Source of the DNA: Azolla caroliniana
Taxonomy: Eukaryota > Plantae > Polypodiophyta
Direction: 5' to 3'
Length of the DNA: 64,000 nt
Assembly: GCA_043228905.1 (NCBI GenBank)
Contig: JBHGNT010000001.1
Location: 11,098,001 to 11,162,000, forward strand
In this document: piece by piece, positions 24,908-36,819 of the stretch
How positions within the stretch are numbered: the first letter of the stretch is position 1
Layout: each line of letters opens with the position of its first letter
Position numbers and translations under genes: made by a program
The notes under the pieces: generated by a model
The model's database searches: none
What the model was told of the DNA's origin: nothing
Seen by the model: the letters and a program-made list of their open reading frames with translations, nothing else

Positions 24908-27900
24908 GGGAATCGATGCTGCGATTCACCTTCACCACTCGGCCACAACCGAGTAAGCGCGAATCAATGGAGCAGAAAATAGGGAACCACAAAGAGAAAC
25001 AAAACGCGAGCACACAGGGATTAACGTGGAAAACCCAAGATGGGAAAAAACCACGGGAGTACAAGACTCCAAACCAACACTATACAAAAGAAGTATACAA
25101 TGGCGAGCTCCAAGGCGACGACCTTGAGCTTGCTGTCCTCGCCACAGGCGGCGGAAATACACAGAGGCGTCTACCTCTTCCTCTCTCGCGCTCTATCTCT
25201 CTCTCTCTCTCTCACGGCTGCTCACACTTCACTCCTCTTGAGTGGAAAAAACAGAAAAATGAGTAGCAACTGTAAAACAGTTTGCCCTAAGTCATATTTA
25301 TACTTATATGACTTTGGGCTATTTACAACTATAGCCTCAGGGGCCCATAGCGAACATATTCACGGATATGTCCCTGCATCCGGATCGCTCTCCGGGTACA
25401 TTCGTCATCCGGTACCGAAGCCGGGGTCTTCGTCATCCGGATCCGAAACCGAAACCGGGCTCGTCGGCATTCATCTCCGACATCCGACCATCCCATCCGA
25501 AGGGACCGTAATCCCAACAAACTCCCCTTTCACTTCGGCATGGGATGTCTCTCCAATCCGATCCTCTTTCGGCATGCTTCCAGCTTGTCGGGTGTGAGGA
25601 CCTTGGTCAGCATATCCGACCCGTTCTCGTCCGTGTGGATCTTTGTCAGCACGAACTCCTTGTCTTCTATCCTTTCCCGGATCCAGTGATATCTTCGCTG
25701 GATGTGCTTCGTCCGGGAGTGATAGGCCGCGTTCTTCGCAAGGTGGATTGCACTCTGACTGTCGCAGTAGAGTCGGTACTCCTCCTGCCGGATACCGAGC
25801 TCTCTAATGAAGTCCTTCATCCATATTATTTCCTTGCCGGCTTCGACAGCCGCCATGTACTCCGCCTCCGTGGTTGACAACGCAACCGTCTTCTGCAGCC
25901 TCGACTGCCACGAAACAGCTCCCCCTGCATACGTCATCACATACCCTGATGTGGACCGGCTGGTATCTGCATCAGCCGACATATCCGAATCGGTGAAGCC
26001 GTCGAGTTCGGGCTTACCGGAGCCGAATCGGAGGCACACGTTTGCCGTGCCCTTCAGGTATCGGAGTATCCACTTGGCCGCGTTCCAATGCTCTTTGCCG
26101 GGATTGCTCATGTACCGGCTCACCACTCCGACTGCATATCCGATGTCCGGTCTCGTACACACCATGGCGTACATCAAGCTCCCGACGGCTGAGGCATACG
26201 GCACTTTCATCATATTCTCCTTTTCAGCCTTTGTCTTGGGACTTTGCTTGCTGGACAGCTTGCAGTTTGCCGGGAGGGTCGATCCGACCGGTCTTGCTTC
26301 CGACATGTTGAACCGTTTAAGCACCTTTGTCACGTACTTCTCCTGTGACAGCCACAACTGCTTCTTCTTCCGGTCCCGGATGATGTGCATCCCTAGTATT
26401 TGTCTCGCCGGACCCAGGTCCTTCATTGAGAAGGTTCGGTGAAGAGCCTTCTTCAGCATCCGTATCTTGACCTGGTCTCGTCCGACGATCAACATGTCGT
26501 CCACGTACAGGAGGAGTATTAGAAAGTCTCCTCCTTCGAACTTCTTCACAAACACGCAGTGATCGGACTGCGTTTTGTGGTACCCTTCGTCGGTCATGAA
26601 GGAGTCGAACTTCCGGTACCATTGCCGGGGAGCCTGCTTCAGTCCGTAAAGGCTCTTCTTCAACCGGCATACCAGGTGCTCCTTCCCTTTCTTCTCGAAT
26701 CCTTCCGGTTGCTGCATGTAGATCTCTTCATCGAGGTCACCGTGAAGGAATGCCGTCTTCACGTCCATCTGTTCTACCTCGAGGTCCATGCTTGCCGCTA
26801 TGCTCAGCACCGTCCGGATGGAGGTCATCTTCACTACCGGGGCAAATATTTCGTCGAAGTCGACGCCCTTCTTCTGCTGAAACCCCTTCACCACAATCCT
26901 GGCTTTGTATCTCGGGGGGTTTCCGGCATCTCCCGGTTTCAGCTTGAACACCCACTTGTTTCGAAGTGCCCGCTTTCCTTTCGGCAACTCCACAAGTTCA
27001 TATGTGTGGTTCTCATGCAGGGAATCCATCTCGTCCTGCATGGCACTCAACCACCTGCGGCTCTGGGTGTCGTGCTTTGCTTCTTCAAAGCTCTCCGGCT
27101 CCCCCTCGTCGGTTAGCAGCACGTGCTCTGGTTCCGGAAATCTCCGGGGGGCCCTTCTCTCTCTTAGAGGATATCTCCGTTCCGGAGCTTCGGTAACCGG
27201 TTCTTCCGATTCTTCTTCTTCATCCGAATCCATTTCGGGATCGGGGCCGGTTCCGGTATCATTTTCATCTTCTTCGGCCGGTTCTGTTTCTTCACCGTCT
27301 TCGGCCGGGTCCTCGAGTGCTAACCGGTCCCTTGCCGGTCGGGACTGCTCCTCGTAGAGTTGATCCTCACCGGTCGACTTGGAGCTCTTCATCTTCTTCT
27401 CCGACTCCCAGTCGGCGAGTGTCTTGTTCTCCATGAAGATGATGTCTCGACTCCTGAATATCTTCTTGTCGACCGGGTCCCATACTCGGTAGCCGAACTC
27501 GTCGTCGCCGTAACCGAGGAATATGCATGGCCGGGTCTTCGGATCTAGCTTTCCTCTCCGGTCCTTCGCCACGTGCACGTATGCGAGACACCCGAACACC
27601 TTCAGATGCCGGTAGGATACTTCCCTACCGGTCCACACTCTCTGCGGCGTGTCTCCGTCCAAAGGTACTGAGGGTGATCGGTTTATCACATATGTCGCCG
27701 TCGACATTGCCTCAGCCCAAAACCCCTTGGGTAATTTCGCATGCGCCAGCATACTCCGAACCCTCTCCATTATGGTCCGGTTCATCCTCTCGGCCAGCCC
27801 GTTCAGTTCCGGTGTCTTCGGCACAGTAAACTCGAGTCGGATTCCCTTCGAGCGACAGTACTCCTGGAACTGCCCCCGGTATTCCCCTCCGTTATCCGCT

Positions 27901-30251
27901 CGTATCGCTTTCAGCTTCTTGCCGGATTCCCTTTCCACTCTCGCGTGGAGTTCTTTGAAGACGCACAACACTTGGTCCTTTGTCTTCATCGGTGCCGTCC
28001 ACAGTTTTCGGCTGTGATCATCGATGAATGTTACGAAGTACTGGGCTCCGCCATGTGACTTCGTTTCTACCTGACACACGTCAGTGTGCACCAACTCCAA
28101 TGGTGCGCTACGTCTCGTCGGTGGCCTTGAGTGGAAGGAGGTTCGGTTCTGCTTACCGGCCAGGCAATCGGTGCACTTCTCCAGGTGCACATGCTTCACT
28201 GGGATAAGGTTGTCTTCTGCAAGCCTCTTCATCCCCTTCTCACTCATGTGGCACAGTCTCTTGTGCCACAGCTCACCGGCAGTGTCGGCTGCCACATTCA
28301 GCTCTTCCGGACATAACCGGGCATTCATCAGGTACAGTGTGTTGACTTTCCGGGCCCGAGCCATTATCAGGCTCCCCTTGCTGAACTTCATTACGCCGTT
28401 CCGGATGCTACCTGTGTAGCCTTCATCGTCTAGCCTCCCGGCTGAAATCAGGTTCAATCGAACTTCCGGAACGTGTCGGACATCCTTCAGCAGCATTTTG
28501 CATCCAGTCGGGGTTGTCAACCACACGTCTCCTATGCCGGCAATCCGGCACGTACCTTCATTTCCCATCCGAACACAGCCATGCTCGCCGGCTGTGTAGG
28601 ATGAGAAGTATCTTCTCTCCGGGGTCAGGTGGAACGATGCTCCGGAATCGACCACCCAGGTCGTCTCATCGCCGACAATGTTTAGTTCACCTTCTTCGGT
28701 GATGAGCATGATCTCCTCTTCACTTGCCGCGAGTGCCGTCGTTCCTTTCCGGTCCTGTCCTCGCCGATCCGAACCATTTCGGTCCGTGGCTCCCCGGTAT
28801 GCACCGTTTCTCTCCGGTGACTTCTTCGAATCGGTGTTGTCGGTTCCATTGTCCTTTCGGTAATGCCGACAATTCTTTCGGAAGTGCCCCGGCTTCCCAC
28901 AGTGGAAGCATGTGGGCCTTCCTCTTGACTGCGACCGGGTCCCCGACTTCTCCCGTCTTTGCGGACTCCGGTTCCATTGTCTTCCCCGATCCGATTCGGT
29001 AAACAACATCTTCGGGTCGGAGGCCGGTTCCTTATCTCTCCGACGCGCTTCTTCATTCAAAATACTTGTCTTTACCGTTTGTAAGGACAAGTTATCTTCG
29101 GTGCAGGAGGTGCTGAGAGTCACCACCAAGTTCTCCCAGCTTTCTGGCAATGTACACATCAGGATGATGGCTTGCATTGCATCCTCCAACGGGAACTTAA
29201 TCGCCGCAAGCTGGTTCACGAATCCCATGAACGTGCTTACGTGTTCAACCATACTCTCGTCGTCCCGGTACTTGAGGTTCACTATCTTCCTCATCAGGGA
29301 GGTCCGGTTCAACGCATTCTTCCTCTCATAGAGGCCCGACAGCTTCTTCCACATCTCATATGCGTTGGTGTCGTTCGCCACATGTTGTAGGACGCTTACA
29401 TCGACATATTGTCGGATCGTCGCTACGGCTTTCCGGTTCAGGAGCTTCCACTCCGACTCAAGTACCCCTTTCGGTATTTCCGACCTGTCAATCGGTTCGT
29501 ACAGGTCCCGAACAATCAGAAGATCCTCCATCTTGATCTTCCAGTCGGCGTAATTCTGTGCATTCAGCACCATCATCATCGGCTGCCCGCTGCCGCCGCC
29601 TTCCATTTTCTGCAACAGTCGCTCTGATACCAGTTTGTTGGGAATCGATGCTGCGATTCACCTTCACCACTCGGCCACAACCGAGTAAGCGCGAATCAAT
29701 GGAGCAGAAAATAGGGAACCACAAAGAGAAACAAAACGCAAGCACACAGGGATTAACGTGGAAAACCCAAGATGGGAAAAAACCACGGGAGTACAAGACT
29801 CCAAACCAACACTATACAAAAGAAGTATACAATGGCGAGCTCCAAGGCGACGACCTTGAGCTTGCTGTCCTCGCCACAGGCGGCGGAAATACACAGAGGC
29901 GTCTACCTCTTCCTCTCTCGCGCTCTATCTCTCTCTCTCTCTCTCACGGCTGCTCACACTTCACTCCTCTTGAGTGGAAAAAACAGAAAAATGAGTAGCA
30001 ACTGTAAAACAGTTTGCCCTAAGTCATATTTATACTTATATGACTTTGGGCTATTTACAACTATAGCCTCAGGGGCCCATAGCGAACATATTCACGGATA
30101 TGTCCCTGCATCCGGATCGCTCTCCGGGTACATTCGTCATCCGGTACCGAAGCCGGGGTCTTCGTCATCCGGATCCGAAACCGAAACCGGGCTCGTCGGC
30201 ATTCATCTCCGACATCCGACCATCCCATCCGAAGGGACCGTAATCCCAACA
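24904..30251 (-). mobile_element. Intact, very young Ty1/Copia (Tnt1/Tork-like) LTR retrotransposon, 5348 bp
   Basis: 616-bp LTRs at 24904-25519 and 29636-30251 (TGTTGGGA...TCCCAACA) with one visible mismatch (25008/29740). TSD TCTCT. PBS TGGTATCAGAGC (tRNA-iMet) at 29621-29632. PPT at 25522-25531. Confidence 0.98.
25530..29606 (-). CDS. Copia gag-pol polyprotein (~1358 aa from ATG 29606)
   Basis: Uninterrupted ORF with CFHCGKPGHFRKNC, WVVDSGAS, LWHKRLCH..C..C, IDDHSR/RADNGGEY/NGLAER, LLYVDDML, FTDSD..EAEY..CDSQSA. Confidence 0.97.
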   Translation of the reverse strand: MEGGGSGQPMMMVLNAQNYADWKIKMEDLLIVRDLYEPIDRSEIPKGVLESEWKLLNRKAVATIRQYVDVSVLQHVANDTNAYEMWKKLSGLYERKNALNRTSLMRKIVNLKYRDDESMVEHVSTFMGFVNQLAAIKFPLEDAMQAIILMCTLPESWENLVVTLSTSCTEDNLSLQTVKTSILNEEARRRDKEPASDPKMLFTESDRGRQWNRSPQRREKSGTRSQSRGRPTCFHCGKPGHFRKNCRHYRKDNGTDNTDSKKSPERNGAYRGATDRNGSDRRGQDRKGTTALAASEEEIMLITEEGELNIVGDETTWVVDSGASFHLTPERRYFSSYTAGEHGCVRMGNEGTCRIAGIGDVWLTTPTGCKMLLKDVRHVPEVRLNLISAGRLDDEGYTGSIRNGVMKFSKGSLIMARARKVNTLYLMNARLCPEELNVAADTAGELWHKRLCHMSEKGMKRLAEDNLIPVKHVHLEKCTDCLAGKQNRTSFHSRPPTRRSAPLELVHTDVCQVETKSHGGAQYFVTFIDDHSRKLWTAPMKTKDQVLCVFKELHARVERESGKKLKAIRADNGGEYRGQFQEYCRSKGIRLEFTVPKTPELNGLAERMNRTIMERVRSMLAHAKLPKGFWAEAMSTATYVINRSPSVPLDGDTPQRVWTGREVSYRHLKVFGCLAYVHVAKDRRGKLDPKTRPCIFLGYGDDEFGYRVWDPVDKKIFRSRDIIFMENKTLADWESEKKMKSSKSTGEDQLYEEQSRPARDRLALEDPAEDGEETEPAEEDENDTGTGPDPEMDSDEEEESEEPVTEAPERRYPLRERRAPRRFPEPEHVLLTDEGEPESFEEAKHDTQSRRWLSAMQDEMDSLHENHTYELVELPKGKRALRNKWVFKLKPGDAGNPPRYKARIVVKGFQQKKGVDFDEIFAPVVKMTSIRTVLSIAASMDLEVEQMDVKTAFLHGDLDEEIYMQQPEGFEKKGKEHLVCRLKKSLYGLKQAPRQWYRKFDSFMTDEGYHKTQSDHCVFVKKFEGGDFLILLLYVDDMLIVGRDQVKIRMLKKALHRTFSMKDLGPARQILGMHIIRDRKKKQLWLSQEKYVTKVLKRFNMSEARPVGSTLPANCKLSSKQSPKTKAEKENMMKVPYASAVGSLMYAMVCTRPDIGYAVGVVSRYMSNPGKEHWNAAKWILRYLKGTANVCLRFGSGKPELDGFTDSDMSADADTSRSTSGYVMTYAGGAVSWQSRLQKTVALSTTEAEYMAAVEAGKEIIWMKDFIRELGIRQEEYRLYCDSQSAIHLAKNAAYHSRTKHIQRRYHWIRERIEDKEFVLTKIHTDENGSDMLTKVLTPDKLEACRKRIGLERHPMPK

Positions 30252-30967
30252 TCTCTTGTAACGGCTCTCTATGATACCACCGTCGCCGTCGTTGTTGTTG
30301 TCACAAACCGCCGTCTATGGCTGCTGCCATGTCATGCCGACCGTCGTCGCTATTGAGTGACCATCACTTTTGTTTGTTGTGGTCGTGCATACACGGGTTT
30401 CTCAGTAGAGTGCGTTCCTACGGTGTGGGTACTTGTACTTAGCGCGCGAGGTCTCTCTTTGGTGGTTTGATTGGAGCTCATGAAGTGAACGAGACATCCA
30501 CCGATGCTCGGCTAAGTTTTTCCCTCTCTTTTCGTCCATTTTTTTTCTTTTATCTTTTGAATTACAACATGGCCTCTAAACGAACTAAAGACTATAAGGA
30601 AACATACGAAGAAACAACAAGTAAGGAAGAATTCTTAGATGTTGTTAATCTTTTAGTTAAAATGGAGAGTGAAGTGAGAAAATGGGCAAATGAGACCGAA
30701 ACTCAAAAGCAGATATATAGGGAAGACAAAGACATGCTTTTAACTGAAATAGCGAAACTCAAAGACTTGCAAGAAGAAACTATATTGTTGCTTTGTGGAC
30801 TTCCGCAAAACCTTTGACACGATTCCTAGGGAGCGGTTGTTTGATAGGCTTAGAAGCTTGGAGATACCAAATGACATGATTTGGGCCATCTATGATCTAT
30901 ATGAGCAAGTCTTTGGGTGCGTCAGATGCCCAAGAGGCGGCCTCTTCGATTGCTTCACTAGCACCGT

Positions 30968-31968
30968 TGTCGTGGTGTGGCGTGTGTAGTGTGAGAAAAA
31001 GTGAAGCTTCATGTACATCTCATAAAGTAATATATCAATAAAAATATAATAACAAGTAGTAGCTTAGTGGTTAGGGCTTATAAGTATACATGGGGAGGTG
31101 TAGAGTTCAAGTCTCTCTTCGTGCAAACCAAGGAGAATTTTGTTCCCCTTCCTTTTTTGTGACAAAGGAAATAAAAAGCATGTAATGTTAAAATAAGCTC
31201 CTCTTTCCTCTATAAAAGATGAGCGATAGGGCTTACTTGGGGGTCGCCCATTTTGCCTTAGGGGTGTACCACTAGGTTTTCATCTTCTCATCTTCTTCTT
31301 GGGTTAGGGTTTTGTGGCCTCCCTTTCTCCTTATCCCTTTCTCCTCCTTTTTTTTCTAGGGTTAGGGTTAGAGAGCTTCTACTTTCTTCTTTTCTCCTCA
31401 ACATATTAGAGGACATATGATTTTAGGGTTTGTGAGTTTTGCTCCTATTATACTTCTTACTCGAGATTTTAAGGTTTGGATTTCCTAAACAACGGGTTTT
31501 TCGGCATCTCGGTGGTAGTCAACTTAGTGGCCGATTGCGGAAGGGAGGTTGTAGTGGCACGAGGGCTACTCCGAATCGAGGCAACATAGCCGTCAGAAGT
31601 AGTCGAGCTCGGAGCCCACTAGACTGGCCTTCGCTAGACTATTTTAGCCTTGATCATTTCATAATGATTGTTGTAAAAACCACTGAAATCGTGGTGTCAA
31701 GCCTAGCAATTCTAAAGAAAATAAAAACCCGTTTTGATCCATAACTGTTTTTATTAATCATGAAACCAATTCTATGTAAAAAAAACCCACCGAAATCGTG
31801 GTATTTAGCCTAATTGTTGTTTAAAGCCTATTTTATATCTAAACTTATGTATATTTTCCCCATGTCATTGACATCATAATCTCCCACTATCCTCACTTCT
31901 TTTGTCTCCCCGGTCCAAGGCCCTGGCGGTCCCGTTCGAGCGACACACGCATGCAAAACTTCGCGACA
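30968..31968 (+). repeat. LTR X1 (TGTCGTG family), + orientation, 1001 bp
   Basis: TGTCGTGG...TCGCGACA; TATAAAA at 31211. Its 3' end (CCCCGGTCC..GGTCCCG..CGCATGC..CGCGACA) resembles the 3' end of LTR 34544-35315. Confidence 0.7.
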
Positions 31969-31980
31969 TTTACTTTATTA

Positions 31981-32973
31981 TGTTGTGAAAATCCGCCAGC
32001 TACTGCGGATCGTGAGGCGAAACTACCGGGGTTCTGGACTAGAAGGATTTAGGGTTGAATGATTTATGCACTTTAAGTTTTAAGACGAGATATTTCCCTC
32101 AAATAAGAGTAAGATAGTATGAGAAATTGAGTAATACTTAATTATATTAATGCATGAACAAATCTTCGAGTAAGAGAGTATGCAATATTGAATAATGATT
32201 AATTATGCTTATGAGTAAGAGAGTATGAATAGCACTAAATTATATCTATACGTACAAGCAAAACTTAAATTAAGAGAGTATGAGAGAGGAAACATAGAGA
32301 GTTTTTATTACTAAATCATCCATATAATGGACTTATTTTGATACATGATTTTTTTATATCCCCCTTTAGGGTTAAGAGTACGAGAGAGGAAACATAGAGA
32401 GTTTTTATTACTAAATCATCCATATAATGGACTTATTTTGATACATGATTTTTTTATATCCCCCTTTAGGGTTAAGAGTATGAGAGAGGAAACATAAATA
32501 TTTTCTTCTTCAAATCCCTATCCATCTCCTCTCCTTCTTCTTAAGAATAGCTCTTATTTATAGGGTTTCTATGGCTTGCTTTATTTTTCTCCTAAACAAA
32601 AGTTTGTCTATATGAGTCATGTTTTATTTCTATCATTAATTTATGTTTGTAAGTCAAAATTAGACATATAAGTCATTTTTAGAAAGCCTTTTGAGTTAGC
32701 TTTCTTATGGATCTTTTCTTGTCTAATTTGGACATCGAATGAGGAAATTATGAGCTTTTTTCTCTACCTTGCTCCTCAATTCCACGCCTTGCGTTTTTTT
32801 TCTCTCTTACTTTTTCTATTTTTTTCTATTTCTATTTTTTTCTATTTTTATCTACCTTACTATCTTTTCATCATTTATTACAAAAGTTGACTTTACGATG
32901 TTAGTTTATTTGGACCACTACTTTACTCTCTTTTGAGGGTGGTTTCGCACTATGTGTCGAAAACATCACGACA
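31981..32973 (-). repeat. LTR X2 (TGTCGTG family), - orientation, 993 bp
   Basis: First ~67 nt align base-for-base with 39062-39128. Right end ACATCACGACA; its reverse complement TGTCGTGA..ATAGTG.GAAA matches the family's U3 start. Confidence 0.75.
32275..32496 (+). repeat. 100-bp tandem repeat (~2.2 copies) inside LTR X2
   Basis: GAGAGAGGAAACATA at 32282, 32382 and 32482. Confidence 0.92.
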
Positions 32974-35116
32974 CCGTTGGCGTAAAACAGGGTTGCCCCC
33001 TATCACCAACTCTTTTTGGGATCTACATTGATGAGATTATTGGTTTTATTGCTCGTAAGGGAGGCAACGGAGTAACCATCGGGGGCACGCAAGTTAGTCT
33101 CTTACTCTATGCTGACGACATAGTTTTGATCTTAGAGTCTGAACACGACCTACAAAAGCACCTTAATGCCCTAGATGACTTTTGCACACAACGGGGATTG
33201 GTAGTGAATCTAACTTATCTTTCACACATCGTCTCGAGTTAGGAGTAAGTGTCACTTACTCCTCTCTCATAAACCAGTTGAGGTAGTTGGATCATATGTA
33301 TATCTGGGAGTCACTTTTAGTGCTCGTTCAGGTAAATTCTCGATGATCCAGGCAACCAAAGATAGGCTAATGAGAGGGTATGTATCCCTCTCACTCTTAG
33401 AGAGACAATGCCACCAGACATACTTTCAAGAGACACGGACGAAGGGATGGCTCTTTGACTCATTTGTGACCCCTTCACTCATATATACATAGTAGTATGG
33501 CCTCCAGGTTTACCATCCTTCATGTTGATGCAATTAGAGAGACCTTTGGTGATGATGTTATCACGTCAACTCCGAAGCAAATCGACAGTACCACATGACA
33601 TTATTAGAGCAGAGTCCAGTCTACCCCCAATGTTAGTAGAAACACTCTTCCAACTGGTAGTTTTTATTCATAGGATACAAACCAACCACAAGATAGGATA
33701 TCCCGTCAAGCTTTTGAGGCATCCCGATCCCTATATGAGTTTGGAGATAGTAGCTCGTGGTATAGCATTGTAGTTCGTTGGTTACTTGCAAATGACATAG
33801 ACATTAATAACCTACCTCCCCTTAAGTACAACCATGGGACTGATCAAACTTTAATATCTCATGAGGACCGTAATAAAGTAATACACCAAGAAATATGGCT
33901 AATTTATACCCGATATAAATGGATCACCCCATGAGAGCCACTCCTATAAAAAATGTTGTACTATAACGAACACTTCATGCACTTCTCTAAGCCAGGTTTT
34001 ATTACACAACCAAAATATCTAGATACATTATTGACAAATGCACTAACGGTGGCCATTGGAAAACTTAGGATATCATCTCACCAACTTGAATTTGAGAATG
34101 GTCATATTAATGGAGTCCCTAGAGAGGAAATGCTATGTAGGTTATGTCACATAGAGATAGAGGATGAGTATCACTTTACATGCAAGTGTCCAACTTATGC
34201 CAAGATAAGGGCTAAATACCAAGACATACTAGGACCCCCTCCCACCCTTTCCAAACTATTAGATACCCCAGATATAAAGAGACTAGGTAGGTATATCTTA
34301 GAGCTAAAAGAACATAGGGAGGGAAAACTACAAAATGTTAACCATAATCATTTTAATATTCACCAACATGTAACTAATATAAATTTTTAGGAACAAGGGA
34401 AGACGATGAATATGGACACACCTACACCACTCGACCTCTCTCTTGATGAAGCAGAAATGCAACGAACAACCAAACGCCCTCGGATGTCGGGCTTCAAAGC
34501 AACTCGGTGTGGAGTAGAAACAATTAAGAAGATTAGGGAACATTGTCGTGAAGCTTCTAGGCCATAGTGAGAAACCGGGGAATATTGGAAGAGTCAGTGG
34601 TGGGCAACATGTGCACATGTATAGTTGGAGACAGAGTATAGAATAAAGGGGAGAATTTGTCCCACATTGTAACGCCCTCCCCTCCTTGTTCTATAAAAGG
34701 AGGGAGGGGTCCCTTGATGAGGGGTTGCCCATTTTTGAGTTAGGAGGGTATACCATTAGATTTAGGTTAGGCAGTTTCTCTTATTCTTACTTCGTTCTAG
34801 GGTTTCATCTTGGTAGTTTTTCTTCTTCTTCTTCTTCGTAGTGTGGGTTGAGAGCTCGTGTCTGTTTAGGGTTTGCTTTTGCTCAGTCTCTTGTGCAAGA
34901 CCCCGCTCGGCGCGACGAGCCTGAGAACTCCCCGATCTGCGGCTTGGCAGCATATTGTTGTTGTAATCTACCCTACCTTGGTCTGGCTCGAAACCGGGGT
35001 CGTATTTTTCCCTTGTAATATATATACTCATATCTGTTTGTGCATATTGGTGTATTTGGTGGTGTCGGGAACATAGCCCCTTGTTTCCTGTGCATAAGAG
35101 TCGGTGTCGCGTGCAT

Positions 35117-35203
<87 letters not shown>

Positions 35204-35319
35204 TTCGGTTGCCTCCGGGACGTGTCCGGAGTCGGTTTCTCGGCATCCCTTCCTCCCTTGTCCGAGACCCCCGTGGTCCCGCCCCTTCTACATGCATGCG
35301 CGTAATAACGCGACATATT

Positions 35320-35336
35320 TGGTGAACCCGATGTGA
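35320..35336 (+). promoter_or_regulatory. Primer-binding site complementary to tRNA-Trp 3' end
   Basis: TGGTGAACCCGATGTGA sits 4 nt after the LTR. The recalled plant tRNA-Trp 3' end UCACGUCGGGUUCACCA gives a 16/17 match. Confidence 0.75.
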
Positions 35337-36819
35337 AGGGCGGCTAGGGAGAATGGAGTTGGAAGAAGACGACTTTGCACAACTTTTTGTTGAAGCGGTG
35401 AGGGAGTTTGGATGAGCAACAAAAGGAAGAGAGACGATGTAACAAGCTGTCGAATGCGTGGCCAAAAGGGTCGGTCGTTTCAACGGGGACAAAGTATCAT
35501 CTTACATGCAAGCCTACAACGAGGAGATGGACGCGCGAGGCGTAGATGATGCGTTGAGGCTGGAGTTCTTCTGTCGGATCGCGGTCCCTCGGGTATACGA
35601 GGAAGTAAAGTAGCTCGGAGAGGCCCATACTTCGTGGGAAACTTTCGAAAGGGCACTCTTACGGGCATATGACTAACCGCCAAGGAGTCGAAACCGGCGC
35701 GACTTCGACCAATGGGTAGCATTGTCCAAGACCCACCATGGAGCACCTAAGGCGTTCCAGGAGTTCGGGCGGCGCTTCGCACGGCTCCCGGAGTGGGAAC
35801 AAAGACTTGTGGGGGCGGACAAAGTCTTTCTATTCGTCAGGTCGATAGACTAGGCGGAACGGGAGGTCATCGGAATCAAGCTCGAAGAGGATGACGGAAC
35901 GAATGGCCTCATGGAGGACTAGTCGAAAGTCGGAAGGGTATGCCAATGGCTAGATGATGAGCGAGCCGATAAAGCCAGGTGGAAGGCACGTGACGGCGCA
36001 CCATCACAGCGGGAAGAGGGCGAGCGGCAAAGAGAGTCAGCAAGGCTCGACTTCGGGGACATGATTGCGGAGGCGTACGCAGCTCTCGAGGCAATGCTCG
36101 AGGAAGAGGAAAGATTGAGGCCGCAAGCTGACGCCGAGGAAACATACTTGCCCTGCGCCATGGCAGAAGATCGGTATGACGGTGCCACGAGAGAGGGTGT
36201 GGAGCGAGAAGCCCTCTCGACTTGCAGAGAAAGACTGGCCAAGGAGGAGGTCAGAAGTAGAGAAGAGCCCTCCACGCGGATTCTGGAGACTCCGGCAATC
36301 GAGCCCATGTGCCGACATAAGACCGAAGAGATGGAAGGCGCAAGTGAGGAGTCCTGGCACGATGCCAGTGAAGATGGATGGGAAACGGCCTACGAGAAGG
36401 TTGAGGACAGAGTCGCGGTAGAGGAGGAAATGAGAACCGGCGCCCAAGAGAGCGGAATCGGAAGTCGAACCAACCGGGGAGCAAATTGGTCGGCATTCCG
36501 ATTCGGGTGGAGCGCAATCTGGTCATGGATTGTTCAACGGGGCCCAGAATCGGCATGTAGGTGCCGATACGGAAGAGGGTGCGGAACAAGCTGCCCTCTT
36601 TTACATGGGGAGAAAGACCAACCGGGCGAAGGTCGGGAATCAGGAAGAAGATGATCGAGGGTACGAAATGAGTCCGGTAGGATCGGCATCGGAGCCGAAA
36701 CTCCAGACATTGGAGAATCAAGCCCAGGCGGGGCTTTATTGATCATAGAGCGGATGCTTTCCACCGACACCACTAAAAGAGTCGGTGGCCCCGGATGAGT
36801 CGTAGGGAGTCGTTACGAA

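Noticed and set aside
25545-29998. Many 60-200 aa overlapping or antisense ORFs
   Set aside because: By-products of GC-rich Copia coding sequence and LTRs; no motifs.
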